A stretch of 64,000 nucleotides of DNA from positions 96,001-160,000 of the forward strand of contig CAVYNY010000020.1 of NCBI GenBank assembly GCA_963769935.1. The letters are read 5' to 3'. The position numbers were made by a program, and so were the translations under genes. Under the pieces are notes generated by a model that saw only the letters and a program-made list of their open reading frames with translations, made no database searches and was not told the origin of the DNA. This stretch comes from an uncultured delta proteobacterium. GTDB lineage: Bacteria; Desulfobacterota; Desulfobacteria; Desulfobacterales; JAFDCJ01. This document shows, in pieces, positions 9,951 to 20,209 of the stretch (positions are counted from its first letter, which is position 1; every line of letters begins with the position of its first letter).

Positions 9951-10022
9951 GGAGCCGATATTTTTGATCACTAACATGTGCAGAGTTGAACCTTACGCTT
10001 ATCAGCGGCGACCAGGAGAGGA

Positions 10023-10970
10023 ATGAAAAAAATTCAAACAGCGGAACTCGGACAGGAAAACATCAATTTCGACAAGATTGTCGAGCAGATAAGCAGGGTT
10101 GTTATCGGAAAAGAGGAACAGATACGTCTGGCACTAACCTGTCTTTTGGCGAAAGGTCATCTTTTGATCGAAGACATTCCCGGCATCGGCAAGACGACCC
10201 TGGCCAAGGTTTTGTCAAAATGCCTGGGTTTAAACTTTCGTCGTATTCAGTGTACCAGCGATATGCTGCCGGGGGATATCCTGGGCGTTTCGGTATTCGA
10301 ACGCAAAAGCAGTGCCTTTGTATTTCATCCGGGACCGATATTTTCGCAGGTGCTGCTGGCGGATGAAATCAACCGGGCCACACCCAAGACCCAGAGCGCT
10401 TTGCTGGAGGCCATGGAAGAACGGCAGGTTACCCTGGACGGCCATACGCGGCTCCTGGAAAAGCCGTTTTTTGTCATTGCAACCCAGAATCCCATCGAGC
10501 AGTCCGGCACCTTTCCCCTGCCGGAAAGCCAATTGGACCGCTTTTTAATGCGCATCGATCTCGGCTATCCGGATCGAACGGCTGAAAAGAAGCTTCTGAA
10601 ACAGGGCGAAACCAGAAGCACCCTGGCAGGCCTGCATTCGATGCTGACGGGCGAGGATGTTCTGATGCTCCAGCAGCAGGTCGCATCCGTGCACATTTCC
10701 GATGCGCTGCTGGACTATGTGCAGGATCTTTTGGATTTTACACGAAATTCATCGTATTTTTATGTCGGTCTCTCGCCGCGGGCCGGCCTTAATCTTCTCA
10801 TGGCCGCCAAATCCAGGGCCTTTCTGCATGACAGGGATTATGCCCTGCCTGAAGATCTGCAGCAGGTAATGCCATGGGTTGTCGGCCACCGGCTGCGTTC
10901 CAAAAACGATGGCCTGGAATTTACAAGGGACAGGCTCATATCAATCCTAATGGAAGTGCCGGTACCGTAA
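10023..10970 (+). CDS. moxR: MoxR family AAA+ ATPase
   Basis: GHLLIEDIPGIGKT, RIQCTSDMLPGDI, LLADEINRATPKTQSALLEAM, ATQNP, LDRF. Confidence 0.95.
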   Translation: MKKIQTAELGQENINFDKIVEQISRVVIGKEEQIRLALTCLLAKGHLLIEDIPGIGKTTLAKVLSKCLGLNFRRIQCTSDMLPGDILGVSVFERKSSAFVFHPGPIFSQVLLADEINRATPKTQSALLEAMEERQVTLDGHTRLLEKPFFVIATQNPIEQSGTFPLPESQLDRFLMRIDLGYPDRTAEKKLLKQGETRSTLAGLHSMLTGEDVLMLQQQVASVHISDALLDYVQDLLDFTRNSSYFYVGLSPRAGLNLLMAAKSRAFLHDRDYALPEDLQQVMPWVVGHRLRSKNDGLEFTRDRLISILMEVPVP

Positions 10971-11154
10971 ATTAGGAACTGCTAGGCAGGGTAGCATCAA
11001 ATTAAATTTTAGGCCGGTTGAATCAGAAGGTTTTATAAAACAATAAAATCCCAAATCTCAAGCACCAAATTATTTGATATTTTCGAATTGCTGAAACCGC
11101 AAGCCTTATCTTACAAGATATTGCCAGATAGAGGCACCAAGAACCTGAAATCCT

Positions 11155-12063
11155 ATGCTTGATAATTCAATTCCCTTACCTCATACCCGGCAAAATAATC
11201 GGACGCGGATTCGACCGACCCGTTATGGGATCGTTTTTATGTTCCTGCTGGCAGGAATGTTTATGGGATCAATTAACTACAATAACAATCTGGGCTTTCT
11301 GCTCACCTTTCTTCTTGGCAGTATGGCATTTGTATCCATTGCCCATACATATAAAAACCTGGCGGGCCTGACCATTGTGTCTGCCGGCGCCGAACCGGTA
11401 TTTGTCGGCGGGACGGCAGTCTTTAAGATAATCGTTGATGGCGCCGGCAAATACCGCCATGGGATCGGGTTTGCCTTTCGCGAGGCAACGGCGGCCCTGC
11501 ATGATATAACAGCCGGGAGCAAAAATCGCGTGAACGTCGGCGTCCCTGCATTGTCAAGAGGCATACTCGATCCGGGCCCGTTGACGGTTACCTCTGATTA
11601 TCCGCTCGGTCTTTTTCGTGTGCAATCAAAAGTGCACCGGAAACTTGAATGCATCGTGTACCCCAAACCGATCGCCGGCAGTGTCCGAACCATCGCTGAA
11701 AAAAAAATAGCGGCCGGCGAGGTGGGGGTCAGCGGACCCGGCACCGATGACTTTCAGGGTCTCAAAGGCTATCTGCCGGGAGATCCCCTGCAACGGATTT
11801 CCTGGCGGGCGTCTTCCCGCGGCCAGGGACTTTTCACGAAAGATTTTGATGGACAATACGGCGCGTCCTTTTATCTGGACTGGTATTCATTAGAGAGTCC
11901 GGATGCCGAGCAAAAATTGTCTCTGCTGTGCGGCTGGATTCTCACCGCCCATCAACGCAATTTGACCTATGGCCTCAAACTGCCGGGCTGCAGGCTTGAA
12001 CCGGGTAATGGCAAAATCCATAAAAACCGCTGTTTAAAGGCGTTGGCACTTTTTTCCCAATAG
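11155..12063 (+). CDS. DUF58 domain protein
   Basis: GSINYNNNL, YPLGLF, DFQGLKGYLPGDPLQRISWRASSR; usual position after MoxR. Confidence 0.9.
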   Translation: MLDNSIPLPHTRQNNRTRIRPTRYGIVFMFLLAGMFMGSINYNNNLGFLLTFLLGSMAFVSIAHTYKNLAGLTIVSAGAEPVFVGGTAVFKIIVDGAGKYRHGIGFAFREATAALHDITAGSKNRVNVGVPALSRGILDPGPLTVTSDYPLGLFRVQSKVHRKLECIVYPKPIAGSVRTIAEKKIAAGEVGVSGPGTDDFQGLKGYLPGDPLQRISWRASSRGQGLFTKDFDGQYGASFYLDWYSLESPDAEQKLSLLCGWILTAHQRNLTYGLKLPGCRLEPGNGKIHKNRCLKALALFSQ

Positions 12064-12065
12064 CA

Positions 12066-14006
12066 ATGGATTCCAAGAAGAATATTGGCCCCTTGATCAT
12101 GGCGCTGGGGATTGCGCTGGTGCCCTACCTTGCGCAGCTGCCGGTGTGGGTGGTGCTGTGGTGTATGATCAGCTGGGGCTACGTTTTTGCAGCCGCGAAA
12201 TGGGACCTGCTGCAACCCGGAAAAGTTGTGCGTCTAATTCTGACCGTTGCCGGCATCCTGGGTGTTTTGCTGACCCCGGAAGTCGGTCTGGACCAGAATT
12301 CCAGTATGGCATTGCTCTGGATCATGGCAAGTATCAAGCCCATGGAAATTTGCACTCGCCGGGATGAAATGGTGACCATTTTTATGGTATTTTTTCTGGC
12401 AGTCTCCTGTCTGTTTTTTTCCGGCACGCTGGTGACGGCAGTTTATATCACGTTTTCGATCTGCATTACCACGGCCGTGTTGATCCATATTCATCATCCG
12501 GCCGGCAAACGGATGGACCAGCTGGGGCTATCTGTCAGGCTCCTGGTGAAAGCCATGCCGCTGGCGCTTATTCTGTTTTTAATATTTCCCCGAATCCAGG
12601 GCAGTCTGTGGGGGATGCGCCGACCGACGCAAGCCTTCAGCGGATTCTCCGACCGCCTGGCCCCCGGTACGGTCACCCGCCTGGTGCGCAACAACGATAC
12701 GGCCTTTCGGGCCGCATTTGACGGTCAGATTCCCGGACCCGAGCAGCTCTATTGGCGCGGGCTGGTATTCTGGCGTTTTGATGGTTCTGCGTGGTATCGC
12801 AGCGACAGCAGCGTAAATATCAGCCTGCCGTTAAAAGGCCAAAAGAGTGCAGCCTATACAATTACCCTGGAGCCGCATAACCAACGCTGGTTGTTTGCGC
12901 TGGATTTACCCTATGAATTTGAACCGAACGCCATCATGTTGTCGGATTATACCCTGGTCTCGCGGCGGACGGTGCGACAGCGGCTTCAATACCGGCTCAA
13001 ATCATACACGGCCTACACCACGGGCCCGATCCGTCAATGGGAGGCGGCAGCTCTGCAATTGCCGCGCAATGCGAATCCGGCGGCGATGGCCCTGGCCCGC
13101 AGCTGGCGCACTGAATTCGCCAATCCGGTCCGAATAATAGACGCCGCCCTGAATTACCTGCGCAAGAATGACTTCAGCTACACCCTGAATCCGCCGCCGC
13201 TCGGCGAAAATACCATCGATGATTTTTTGTTCCGAACCCGCAAAGGCTACTGTGAGCACTATGCCTCGGCCTTTACATTTCTGATGCGGGCGGCCGGCAT
13301 TCCGGCCCGGATGGTGGCCGGATATCTGGGTGGTGAGCTTAATCCCTACGGTGAATATCTTGTCGTGCGGCAGTCCGATGCCCATGTATGGGCGGAGGTG
13401 TGGCTGCCGGGCCGAGGCTGGGTTCGAACCGATCCGACCCTGGCGGTGGCGCCGCAGAGAGTCGAACAGGGCATGGCGGCAGTGTTGCCGCCGGAAGAAC
13501 GGTCCATGCTCGGTTCACTCAGCGCTCTGGGCCCATTGGCAAAGTATTGGACAAACCTGCGGTTTGTCTGGGATGTGATCAACACGCAGTGGAACCGGTG
13601 GGTACTGGGGTATTCGACCACCCGGCAAAAAACGCTGTTTGCCAAAATCGGCCTTAAAGCCGGTACCCGCAAAGGGCTGGCCGCCGCCGTAATTCTAGCA
13701 ACCGCCGCCATGGGTTTGATATCGCTGTTTTATTTTCTTAGTCTTTCAAAAAAAGCGGCGGCCGAGCGAGATGTCATTCAAAAAGCTTATCTGGCATTCT
13801 GTGCCAAACTCATGCGGCGGGGATTTGCCAGAAAACCGTCCCAGGGACCGCTGGATTATGCTTGGATGGTGGCGGCTGCGCGCCGGGATCTTAATCCCAG
13901 CGTTATTGATATCGTCAACCTTTATATTCGCCTGCGCTATGGACGCGGCGGGAACAAAGAAGATATAAAGCGCTTGAAGGTTCTGGTGAGACAATTCAAT
14001 CCCTAA
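12066..14006 (+). CDS. TgpA-like membrane transglutaminase-domain protein (DUF3488 + TGase + DUF4129)
   Basis: N-terminal TMs, LYWRG, GYCEHYASAF (Cys), AHVWAEV (His), W.RTDPT (Asp). Confidence 0.92.
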   Translation: MDSKKNIGPLIMALGIALVPYLAQLPVWVVLWCMISWGYVFAAAKWDLLQPGKVVRLILTVAGILGVLLTPEVGLDQNSSMALLWIMASIKPMEICTRRDEMVTIFMVFFLAVSCLFFSGTLVTAVYITFSICITTAVLIHIHHPAGKRMDQLGLSVRLLVKAMPLALILFLIFPRIQGSLWGMRRPTQAFSGFSDRLAPGTVTRLVRNNDTAFRAAFDGQIPGPEQLYWRGLVFWRFDGSAWYRSDSSVNISLPLKGQKSAAYTITLEPHNQRWLFALDLPYEFEPNAIMLSDYTLVSRRTVRQRLQYRLKSYTAYTTGPIRQWEAAALQLPRNANPAAMALARSWRTEFANPVRIIDAALNYLRKNDFSYTLNPPPLGENTIDDFLFRTRKGYCEHYASAFTFLMRAAGIPARMVAGYLGGELNPYGEYLVVRQSDAHVWAEVWLPGRGWVRTDPTLAVAPQRVEQGMAAVLPPEERSMLGSLSALGPLAKYWTNLRFVWDVINTQWNRWVLGYSTTRQKTLFAKIGLKAGTRKGLAAAVILATAAMGLISLFYFLSLSKKAAAERDVIQKAYLAFCAKLMRRGFARKPSQGPLDYAWMVAAARRDLNPSVIDIVNLYIRLRYGRGGNKEDIKRLKVLVRQFNP

Positions 14007-15778
14007 AACGGCCAGATTACAGGTATCAGCAGGGTGCCGAGGATCAAAACCACAAGATTGAGGGGAATGCCCAGTTTCAGGTAGTCACTGAAACGATAGC
14101 CGCCGGGTCCGTAAACCAGAAGGTTGGTCTGATAACCGATCGGGGTTGCAAAGCAGGCGCTGGCTCCGAAGCATACCGCCATGACAAACGGTTTCGGATC
14201 GACCTCCAGCCCCAGGGCGGTGGAAACGGCAATCGGGAAAAACAGAACAGCGGCGGCGTTATTGCTGATAATCTGGGTGCTGATGCTTACCAGCAGAATA
14301 AAACCGCCGAGCACCCAGGGCGGCGAAAAGCCGGCAAAAATTTTCAGATAGGCTTCGGCATATAACTGACTGGTTCCGGTTTTTTCCATGGCAGTTCCCA
14401 GGGCCAGGGTCCCGGCGATCATTAGAAGTACATCGGCCTGGACGGCCCGGTAAGCATCGCGCATCTGGAGGCATCCGGTTACAATCATGAGGAATACGGC
14501 GGTAAGGGCGCACACCATTATATCCGCCAAACCGATGCTGGCCGCCGCGACCAGGCCGACAAATATCAGACCCGCTTTCCAGGCCTTTCTTTTGTGCACG
14601 ATTTCGTGGTGCACATCCTCGGCAATGATAAAATCTACGCCGTCGCGCATCCGGTCCAGTTTATCCCCATAGCACCATATCAAGACGATGTCGCCGACCC
14701 GCAGTCTCACGTCGTGAATCTGCTTTTCGGTGAAATGAAGGCCGCTTCTTTTGATGGCGATGACATGGATATCCGAATCACGCTTGAGCCTTGATTCCAA
14801 CAGTCTTTGTCCCAGCAGAGAAGATTGGGGCGGAATAATCAGTTCCACCACAAGCGATTCTTTTTTGCCGGGACCGAAACTCAGCCCCTCCTCGGCCAGC
14901 GGCAGTTCGACCTCATCGTGATGGATGATTTCTACCAGATCGTTGGCGGATCCTTTGACCAGCAGCAGATCATCGGCGGCAATCCTAACGACATCCCGGG
15001 TGGGATGAAAAATATGCGAGTAGCGAACAAGTTCGATTACCTTCAGATCCGGGTACTTTTCGGCAAATACCTGCCCGGGATCTTGACCGATCAAATTACT
15101 GCCGCGCGGAATGGCCAGCTCCGCCAGATATCTTCGGTGTTCGCTGTTTTCCATTTCGCAGATGGGATTCAGCAGCGACGGCATGAAGCGCGGCGCGGCC
15201 AACATTAAAAAGGCTGTACCCAGCACCGCGATCGGGACGCCCAGCGCGGACAGTTCAAACATGCCGATGGCACCATAGCCATGTTTGGCACTGATATCAC
15301 TGACAATGATGTTGGTTGACGTGCCGATGAGCGTGCAGGTGCCGGCCAAAATAGACGCATATGACACCGGTATGAGGAACTTTGAGGGACTGAGATTAAA
15401 TTTGCAGCACATGCTCATGACAACCGGGATAAACAGCACCACTACCGGCGTGTTGTTAATAAAGGCCGAGGCCAGCGCCACGGTCAATAAAATCGTCAGC
15501 AGGGCCAGTTTGAAGTTGCCGCGCGCCATCTGAATCACCTTCCGACCGATAAAGCCCACCGCGCCGGTTCGAATCATCCCTTTGCTGATCAAAAACATGG
15601 ATCCGACCGTAATCACGGCCGGGTGCGCGAAACCCGCCACCGCATCGGCCGGGGAGATGATGCGAAATATCACCAGGGCCACTATGATGCCGATGGCAGT
15701 TAAATCGACCGGAACCTTTTCGGTGATGAACAGGTATAGCGCGGCCATCAAAATTGCGGATACAATCCAGACCGACAT
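14003..15778 (-). CDS. SLC13/CitMHS family permease with two TrkA-C domains
   Basis: SAFINNTPVV, GTCTLIGTSTN, ISNNA, FATPIGYQTNLLVYGPGGYRFSDY. Confidence 0.92.
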   Translation of the reverse strand: MSVWIVSAILMAALYLFITEKVPVDLTAIGIIVALVIFRIISPADAVAGFAHPAVITVGSMFLISKGMIRTGAVGFIGRKVIQMARGNFKLALLTILLTVALASAFINNTPVVVLFIPVVMSMCCKFNLSPSKFLIPVSYASILAGTCTLIGTSTNIIVSDISAKHGYGAIGMFELSALGVPIAVLGTAFLMLAAPRFMPSLLNPICEMENSEHRRYLAELAIPRGSNLIGQDPGQVFAEKYPDLKVIELVRYSHIFHPTRDVVRIAADDLLLVKGSANDLVEIIHHDEVELPLAEEGLSFGPGKKESLVVELIIPPQSSLLGQRLLESRLKRDSDIHVIAIKRSGLHFTEKQIHDVRLRVGDIVLIWCYGDKLDRMRDGVDFIIAEDVHHEIVHKRKAWKAGLIFVGLVAAASIGLADIMVCALTAVFLMIVTGCLQMRDAYRAVQADVLLMIAGTLALGTAMEKTGTSQLYAEAYLKIFAGFSPPWVLGGFILLVSISTQIISNNAAAVLFFPIAVSTALGLEVDPKPFVMAVCFGASACFATPIGYQTNLLVYGPGGYRFSDYLKLGIPLNLVVLILGTLLIPVIWPF

Positions 15779-16035
15779 GGCATCTCCGGGGTTTGTTGCA
15801 ATGCTGTAAAAAATTCAGCGCGGCCAAATGGACAACGTCGTCAAAAAATTGAACCAATTTACATTTTGTCAAGTAAGGCGGACAAAAACCATATATTATA
15901 TTTTATAGAATGAAGGTCAACAAGCGGGAAGGAAGACACAACCGCCGCCGGATTAGTAAAAATTTATATAATTATAAAATGTTATAGCGAATCTTGAAAA
16001 ATTTTTAATTTTTATCAAAATTTTTAAAAAAACAC

Positions 16036-16065
16036 TTGACATGCCACATAGTAGTAGTGTATAAA
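16036..16065 (+). promoter_or_regulatory. sigma70 promoter upstream of candidate sRNA
   Basis: TTGACA-18 nt-TATAAA preceded by an AT-rich UP-like tract. Confidence 0.55.
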
Positions 16066-16071
16066 ATAATT

Positions 16072-16150
16072 CCCCTGTAAGAATGCTTCTTAAAATATCT
16101 CAATGCCTCTCCCCATGAGGCGGCTCATATCCCCGTGAGCCGCCTTTTTC
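16072..16150 (+). ncRNA. Candidate small RNA (~80 nt)
   Basis: Lies between a sigma70 promoter and a strong intrinsic terminator with no recognisable ORF; C-rich single-stranded motifs. Confidence 0.4.
16118..16149 (+). terminator. Intrinsic terminator
   Basis: AGGCGGCTCA-tatccccg-TGAGCCGCCT followed by TTTT. Confidence 0.75.
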
Positions 16151-16274
16151 ATTTCAGCAGCCTGGCATACCGCACGCCTGCAAACCGGATAGCCGGATCA
16201 AAGCGTCAACTCGCCTTTGTGCAATATCGTCTTCCTGCGGCAGGGACATCTCCGGCGCATTTGCTTTTCGGTTT

Positions 16275-16303
16275 TTGACAAACCGCCATAGATGATATAT
16301 AAA
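16275..16303 (+). promoter_or_regulatory. sigma70 promoter for pal operon
   Basis: TTGACA-17 nt-TATAAA. Confidence 0.6.
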
Positions 16304-16427
16304 TTGGAGCAGTATCGTTTAGACGCTGATATTATACACAGCGTTACAATTAATTCCGCATCCGCATTTTTATAATTGTTGGTATCTCATTTTTTCAGCA
16401 TTCGCACTTACAGACAAGGAGAAGCCC

Positions 16428-17021
16428 ATGATGCTAAAACACTGGACAATTTCGGCCCTGGCTCTGGCTCTGGCGTTATCGGTGACCATTTCCATTTCAG
16501 CATGCGCCAATAAAAAAATCAGTTCGGAACCTGCGGTTGCAGCAACGGCCGAAGAAGAAGCGCGCCGGCGGGCCGAAGAAGAAGCTAAGCAGCGCGAGCA
16601 GCAAAAAGCCCTGAAGGAGGAAGAGCTCGGTCAAGAAGGCCTCAGCGAGAAAATGGCCGCCGAAAGGACGGAATCCGCGAAAACCATATTCGAAAATGAT
16701 GACGTCCATTTTGAATTCGACAGTATACGGCTGACCCCGGTAGACCAGGAGATACTGACAAAAAAAGCGGATTGGCTGCGCGCAAATCCTAAGGCGAAGG
16801 TAACAATCGAGGGACACTGTGACGACCGGGGCACCAATGAATACAACCTGGCTCTGGGAGAAGGTCGCGCTCAGACTGCCAAAGCCTTTCTGGTGGATCT
16901 GGGAATCGATCCCTCCCGGCTGAACACCATCAGCTATGGCGAGGAGCGCCCAATCGATCGCGCTCAAACGGAAGAAGCCTGGGCAAAAAACCGACGCGCC
17001 CATTTTGTAATCGAACAATAG
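16428..17021 (+). CDS. pal: Peptidoglycan-associated lipoprotein Pal
   Basis: Lipobox ISAC; OmpA-C motifs [39 protein letters not shown]. Confidence 0.93.
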   Translation: MMLKHWTISALALALALSVTISISACANKKISSEPAVAATAEEEARRRAEEEAKQREQQKALKEEELGQEGLSEKMAAERTESAKTIFENDDVHFEFDSIRLTPVDQEILTKKADWLRANPKAKVTIEGHCDDRGTNEYNLALGEGRAQTAKAFLVDLGIDPSRLNTISYGEERPIDRAQTEEAWAKNRRAHFVIEQ

Positions 17022-18101
17022 ATGAATAGACTTGCTTATTTTATCTCACCCCACGGATTCGGGCATGCCGCCCGGGCCGCGGCGGTGATGCAGGCGGTGT
17101 CTGGAATAGACGCTGCCGTTTACTTTGATATTTTCACAACAGTTCCGTCCTGGTTTTTTCAGGACTCATTGTCCGTCCCGTTTACCTATCACAAACTTTT
17201 AACCGATATTGGTCTGGTTCAGAAAACCTCATTTCAGGCCGATCTGAAGGCAACGCTGCGCAGGTTAACTGAATTTTTACCTTTTCAGGCCTCGCGCATT
17301 AAAGAAATCGCCGCAACGGTCAAGAAATTAAACTGTGCATTAATTATTTGTGATATTTCCCCCCTGGGCCTTGCGGTTGGCAAGCAAGCCGGGATCCCCA
17401 CCGTACTGGTGGAAAATTTCACCTGGGATTGGATCTATCAGCAGTATGTCGATCTCGCCGGCCGTTTCAACGGACATATCGATTACTTGAAGACCTTGTT
17501 CACAGGTGCTCAATATCACGTAAAGACAGAACCGGTTTGCAGCCCGGGCCCGGTCGATCTGACAACCGCGCCGGTCAGCCGCAAAATAAAAAATCCGGCA
17601 GCCCGGATCAGAAAACGGCTGGGTCTACCGGCGGCGTCCAAAATGGTATTGATCACCACGGGCGGCATAAAGCAAAGCTATGGTTTTCTGGATAAATTAA
17701 GGCAAGTGCGCCGTATCGATTTTGTCTTGCCGGGAGCCGGTCTTCAAATGGCGATCCGGGATAATTTGATTATCCTGCCCTCTCGTTCTGATTTTTATCA
17801 TCCGGATCTGGTCAATGCTTCCGATGCAGTCGTCGGCAAAGTCGGCTACAGCACCCTGGCCGAAGTTTACCATGCCGGGGTGCCGTTCGGTTACGCCGTG
17901 CGTTCGAATTTCCGTGAATCCGAGCCATTGGTGGATTTTATTGAGAGAGAAATGAACGGTATTTTTCTGGATGAATCTGAATTCAGCCTGGGAGATTGGA
18001 CTGCCAAACTGAATGACCTGCTGGATATGGGGCGCGTGCCAAGAAGCGCGCCAAATGGAGCAGATCAGATCGGCCGATTTATCACCGGACTCATAAAATG
18101 A
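17022..18101 (+). CDS. GT-B glycosyltransferase-like protein (similar to the N-terminal domain of plant L-arabinokinase)
   Basis: YFISPHGFGHAAR, NFTWDWIY, DAVVGKVGYSTLAE. Confidence 0.7.
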   Translation: MNRLAYFISPHGFGHAARAAAVMQAVSGIDAAVYFDIFTTVPSWFFQDSLSVPFTYHKLLTDIGLVQKTSFQADLKATLRRLTEFLPFQASRIKEIAATVKKLNCALIICDISPLGLAVGKQAGIPTVLVENFTWDWIYQQYVDLAGRFNGHIDYLKTLFTGAQYHVKTEPVCSPGPVDLTTAPVSRKIKNPAARIRKRLGLPAASKMVLITTGGIKQSYGFLDKLRQVRRIDFVLPGAGLQMAIRDNLIILPSRSDFYHPDLVNASDAVVGKVGYSTLAEVYHAGVPFGYAVRSNFRESEPLVDFIEREMNGIFLDESEFSLGDWTAKLNDLLDMGRVPRSAPNGADQIGRFITGLIK

Positions 18102-18925
18102 TTAAAAAGATTATTTCAGGTGGACAAACAGGCGTTGATCGCGCGGCCCTGGATGCGGCTATCAAGCTTTCCATAGATCACGGGGGCTGGATCCCGCAAG
18201 GACGACTTACCGAAAGCGGGCCCTTGCCGCCCGAATACCAATTGAAAGAAACCCGGAGCCCCAATTATGCTGAACGTACCCTGAAAAACGTCCTGGCTGC
18301 CGACGGAACTCTGATCATATCTCGCGGACCATTAACCGGCGGCTCCGAGTATACCCGCGAGATGGCCGTCAAACATCAACGTCCCTGGCTTCACATCGAC
18401 CTTAATAGCAAGGCCGCTTTCCAGGCGGCCACCGATATCAATAACTGGATAGTAGATAACCGGATAGAAATTTTAAACGTTGCCGGTCCGCGGGCCAGCA
18501 AAGACGCGAAAATATATCACGAAACCCTCACCATTATCGAGAGCACCTATTATCTTGGGTTGATAGAGCGCGGCAGGCCCGGTACCGGTGGACCGAGCAA
18601 TCCAATGCCCCAATCTTCCAAACAATCGGCAAGCGGACCTTCAACTTTAGCGCAGGCCGTGCAACGATTGATTGCGCAAATGTCTCTCAAAGATAAAGCG
18701 ACGGTAGCCAACATGCTGGAAGATGAATTGCCGCACCTCTATTTAAGACTGGGTGATTATATTCTGAACAAATTCGGTTTGTTGTCTGGAAACGCGAAGC
18801 TCATGGAATCCTGCCGGTTGGAAGTTAACGGCCCATTACAAAAAGAAGAGGACGCCGTGGCAGTCATAATTAAAGCGCTCTGGCAAAACCTGCAGCAGAC
18901 GTACAAATTGCGGGTAATCAAGTGA
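18098..18925 (+). CDS. SLOG-superfamily putative molybdenum carrier (circularly permuted YpsA-like) protein with C-terminal helical domain
   Basis: KIISGGQTGVDRAALD, HGGWIP.GR, RT.KNV..ADGTL, LNVAGPRAS. Confidence 0.85.
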   Translation: MIKKIISGGQTGVDRAALDAAIKLSIDHGGWIPQGRLTESGPLPPEYQLKETRSPNYAERTLKNVLAADGTLIISRGPLTGGSEYTREMAVKHQRPWLHIDLNSKAAFQAATDINNWIVDNRIEILNVAGPRASKDAKIYHETLTIIESTYYLGLIERGRPGTGGPSNPMPQSSKQSASGPSTLAQAVQRLIAQMSLKDKATVANMLEDELPHLYLRLGDYILNKFGLLSGNAKLMESCRLEVNGPLQKEEDAVAVIIKALWQNLQQTYKLRVIK

Positions 18926-18998
18926 AAGTAGTTCGATTGCGGAGTCCGGATTGCGGAATGTTTTAGGTTTCAGGCCGGAAATCAACGAGAGAGGAGAC

Positions 18999-19778
18999 AC
19001 GGAGGTACAGGACATTTACCTTCGCCTGGCTGAACATCTTGAAAAACTGGCCATGGGTTATCCTTTTAGTGAAGCGCTGCCGGATCTGCTCAGGGAAATG
19101 TTCAGCCCGGTGGAGGCCGAAGTCGCCTTGGCGATCCCCAATAATCTGGCCCCCCTGGAAGTCGTCAGCCGGCAGACTATTGTCGACGGCTGTCAACTTC
19201 CGGAATCCACCACAATCGAGGCGCTAAAATCGCTGGCCGGCCGCAATATTCTCTACAGCCGGACAACCGACGCAGGAAACACCGGATATGCGCTGCTGCA
19301 GGTTGGTTGCGGCGTTCCCCAGACGTTTTTTGGGGGCGGCCAGAATGATGAGCGCGCCCGCCGCATGGCCAAACTGGTTCTAAACTATTTTAATGTGCCG
19401 ACCACCCCAAAAGTGTATGGACCCGTGCCGACCAAAGCCTATAAATTCGCACCGGCCAACCTGAGTATCGACATTGCCATGCAGGGAGTCATGCCCAATG
19501 AACAAATGGCGCCCATCATCGATGCGGCTGTTAAAATCGCCGTGGCGCATTGTCCCTGCCGCATGTCGGCTAAAATTCTCGGACGAACCGACTGTCGACA
19601 CAGCCTGGAGGTCTGCATCAAATACGATGAATTGGCCGAGTTTGTGATATCAAAAGGATTGGCGCGTGAAATTTCCAAAGACGAGGCCCATCAAATCCTG
19701 GCCGCCTGCGAAAAAGAAGGCCTTGTTCACATGGTGGACAATGCCCAGGGACAGATCGAGCACACCTGCAATTGCTAA
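18999..19778 (+). pseudogene. Truncated Fe-S protein (N-terminal HTH-like region + CPCR/C/CNC Cys cluster; ferredoxin tail absent)
   Basis: VAHCPCR, DCRHSLEVC, CEKEGLVH, then HTCNC-TAA where this family normally continues CNCC into a 2x[4Fe-4S] domain; the codon after RBS AGGAGA is ACG rather than ATG. Confidence 0.65.
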
Positions 19779-20013
19779 GGACTTGCATGATTGTCTGGAG
19801 CAGAACTTTGTTCTATCTCATTCAGGAAGTCAAATTTTTTGCCGCAATTGTTCGAATTCGGAAAAATTTTAGACGAATTAAGTAAAAGTTGTGTAACAAA
19901 GGTTATATAATTCAGTAAAATTTTCCACACATGACGATCCCGCAACAGCATCATTTGCCCTGCCTTTGCCCTAAATACCTATAATCACTGCGTTCAGAAA
20001 TTGCCATTTGTTT

Positions 20014-20028
20014 TGGCATGATGCTTGC
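20014..20028 (+). promoter_or_regulatory. sigma54 (-24/-12) promoter
   Basis: TGGCAT-GATGC-TTGC, near-consensus, upstream of the DRR-repeat and PilZ genes. Confidence 0.8.
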
Positions 20029-20209
20029 TAAACTGAGATACGAAACAGCGGGGCCATATCCCTGCGGGCCTGTGTACAATTTTCCGGAGAAGTTTAAACC
20101 AGCAATGGATGTCTTTTACGGTTGGCCGGAATATCAGTTTTTACCTTTGCCGACCGTGCATAATTTAAGAACCTGAATGAATGCCATCAGTGAAAGGGGA
20201 GACATTGCT

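Noticed and set aside
19776..19778. Selenocysteine read-through at the end of the Fe-S ORF
   Set aside because: The stop is TAA, not TGA, and no homology is evident downstream.
20040..20170. c-di-GMP riboswitch in the leader of the DRR-repeat/PilZ genes
   Set aside because: No GGCAAA...GAAA tetraloop...GCAAAGC core of c-di-GMP-I and no recognisable class II features.
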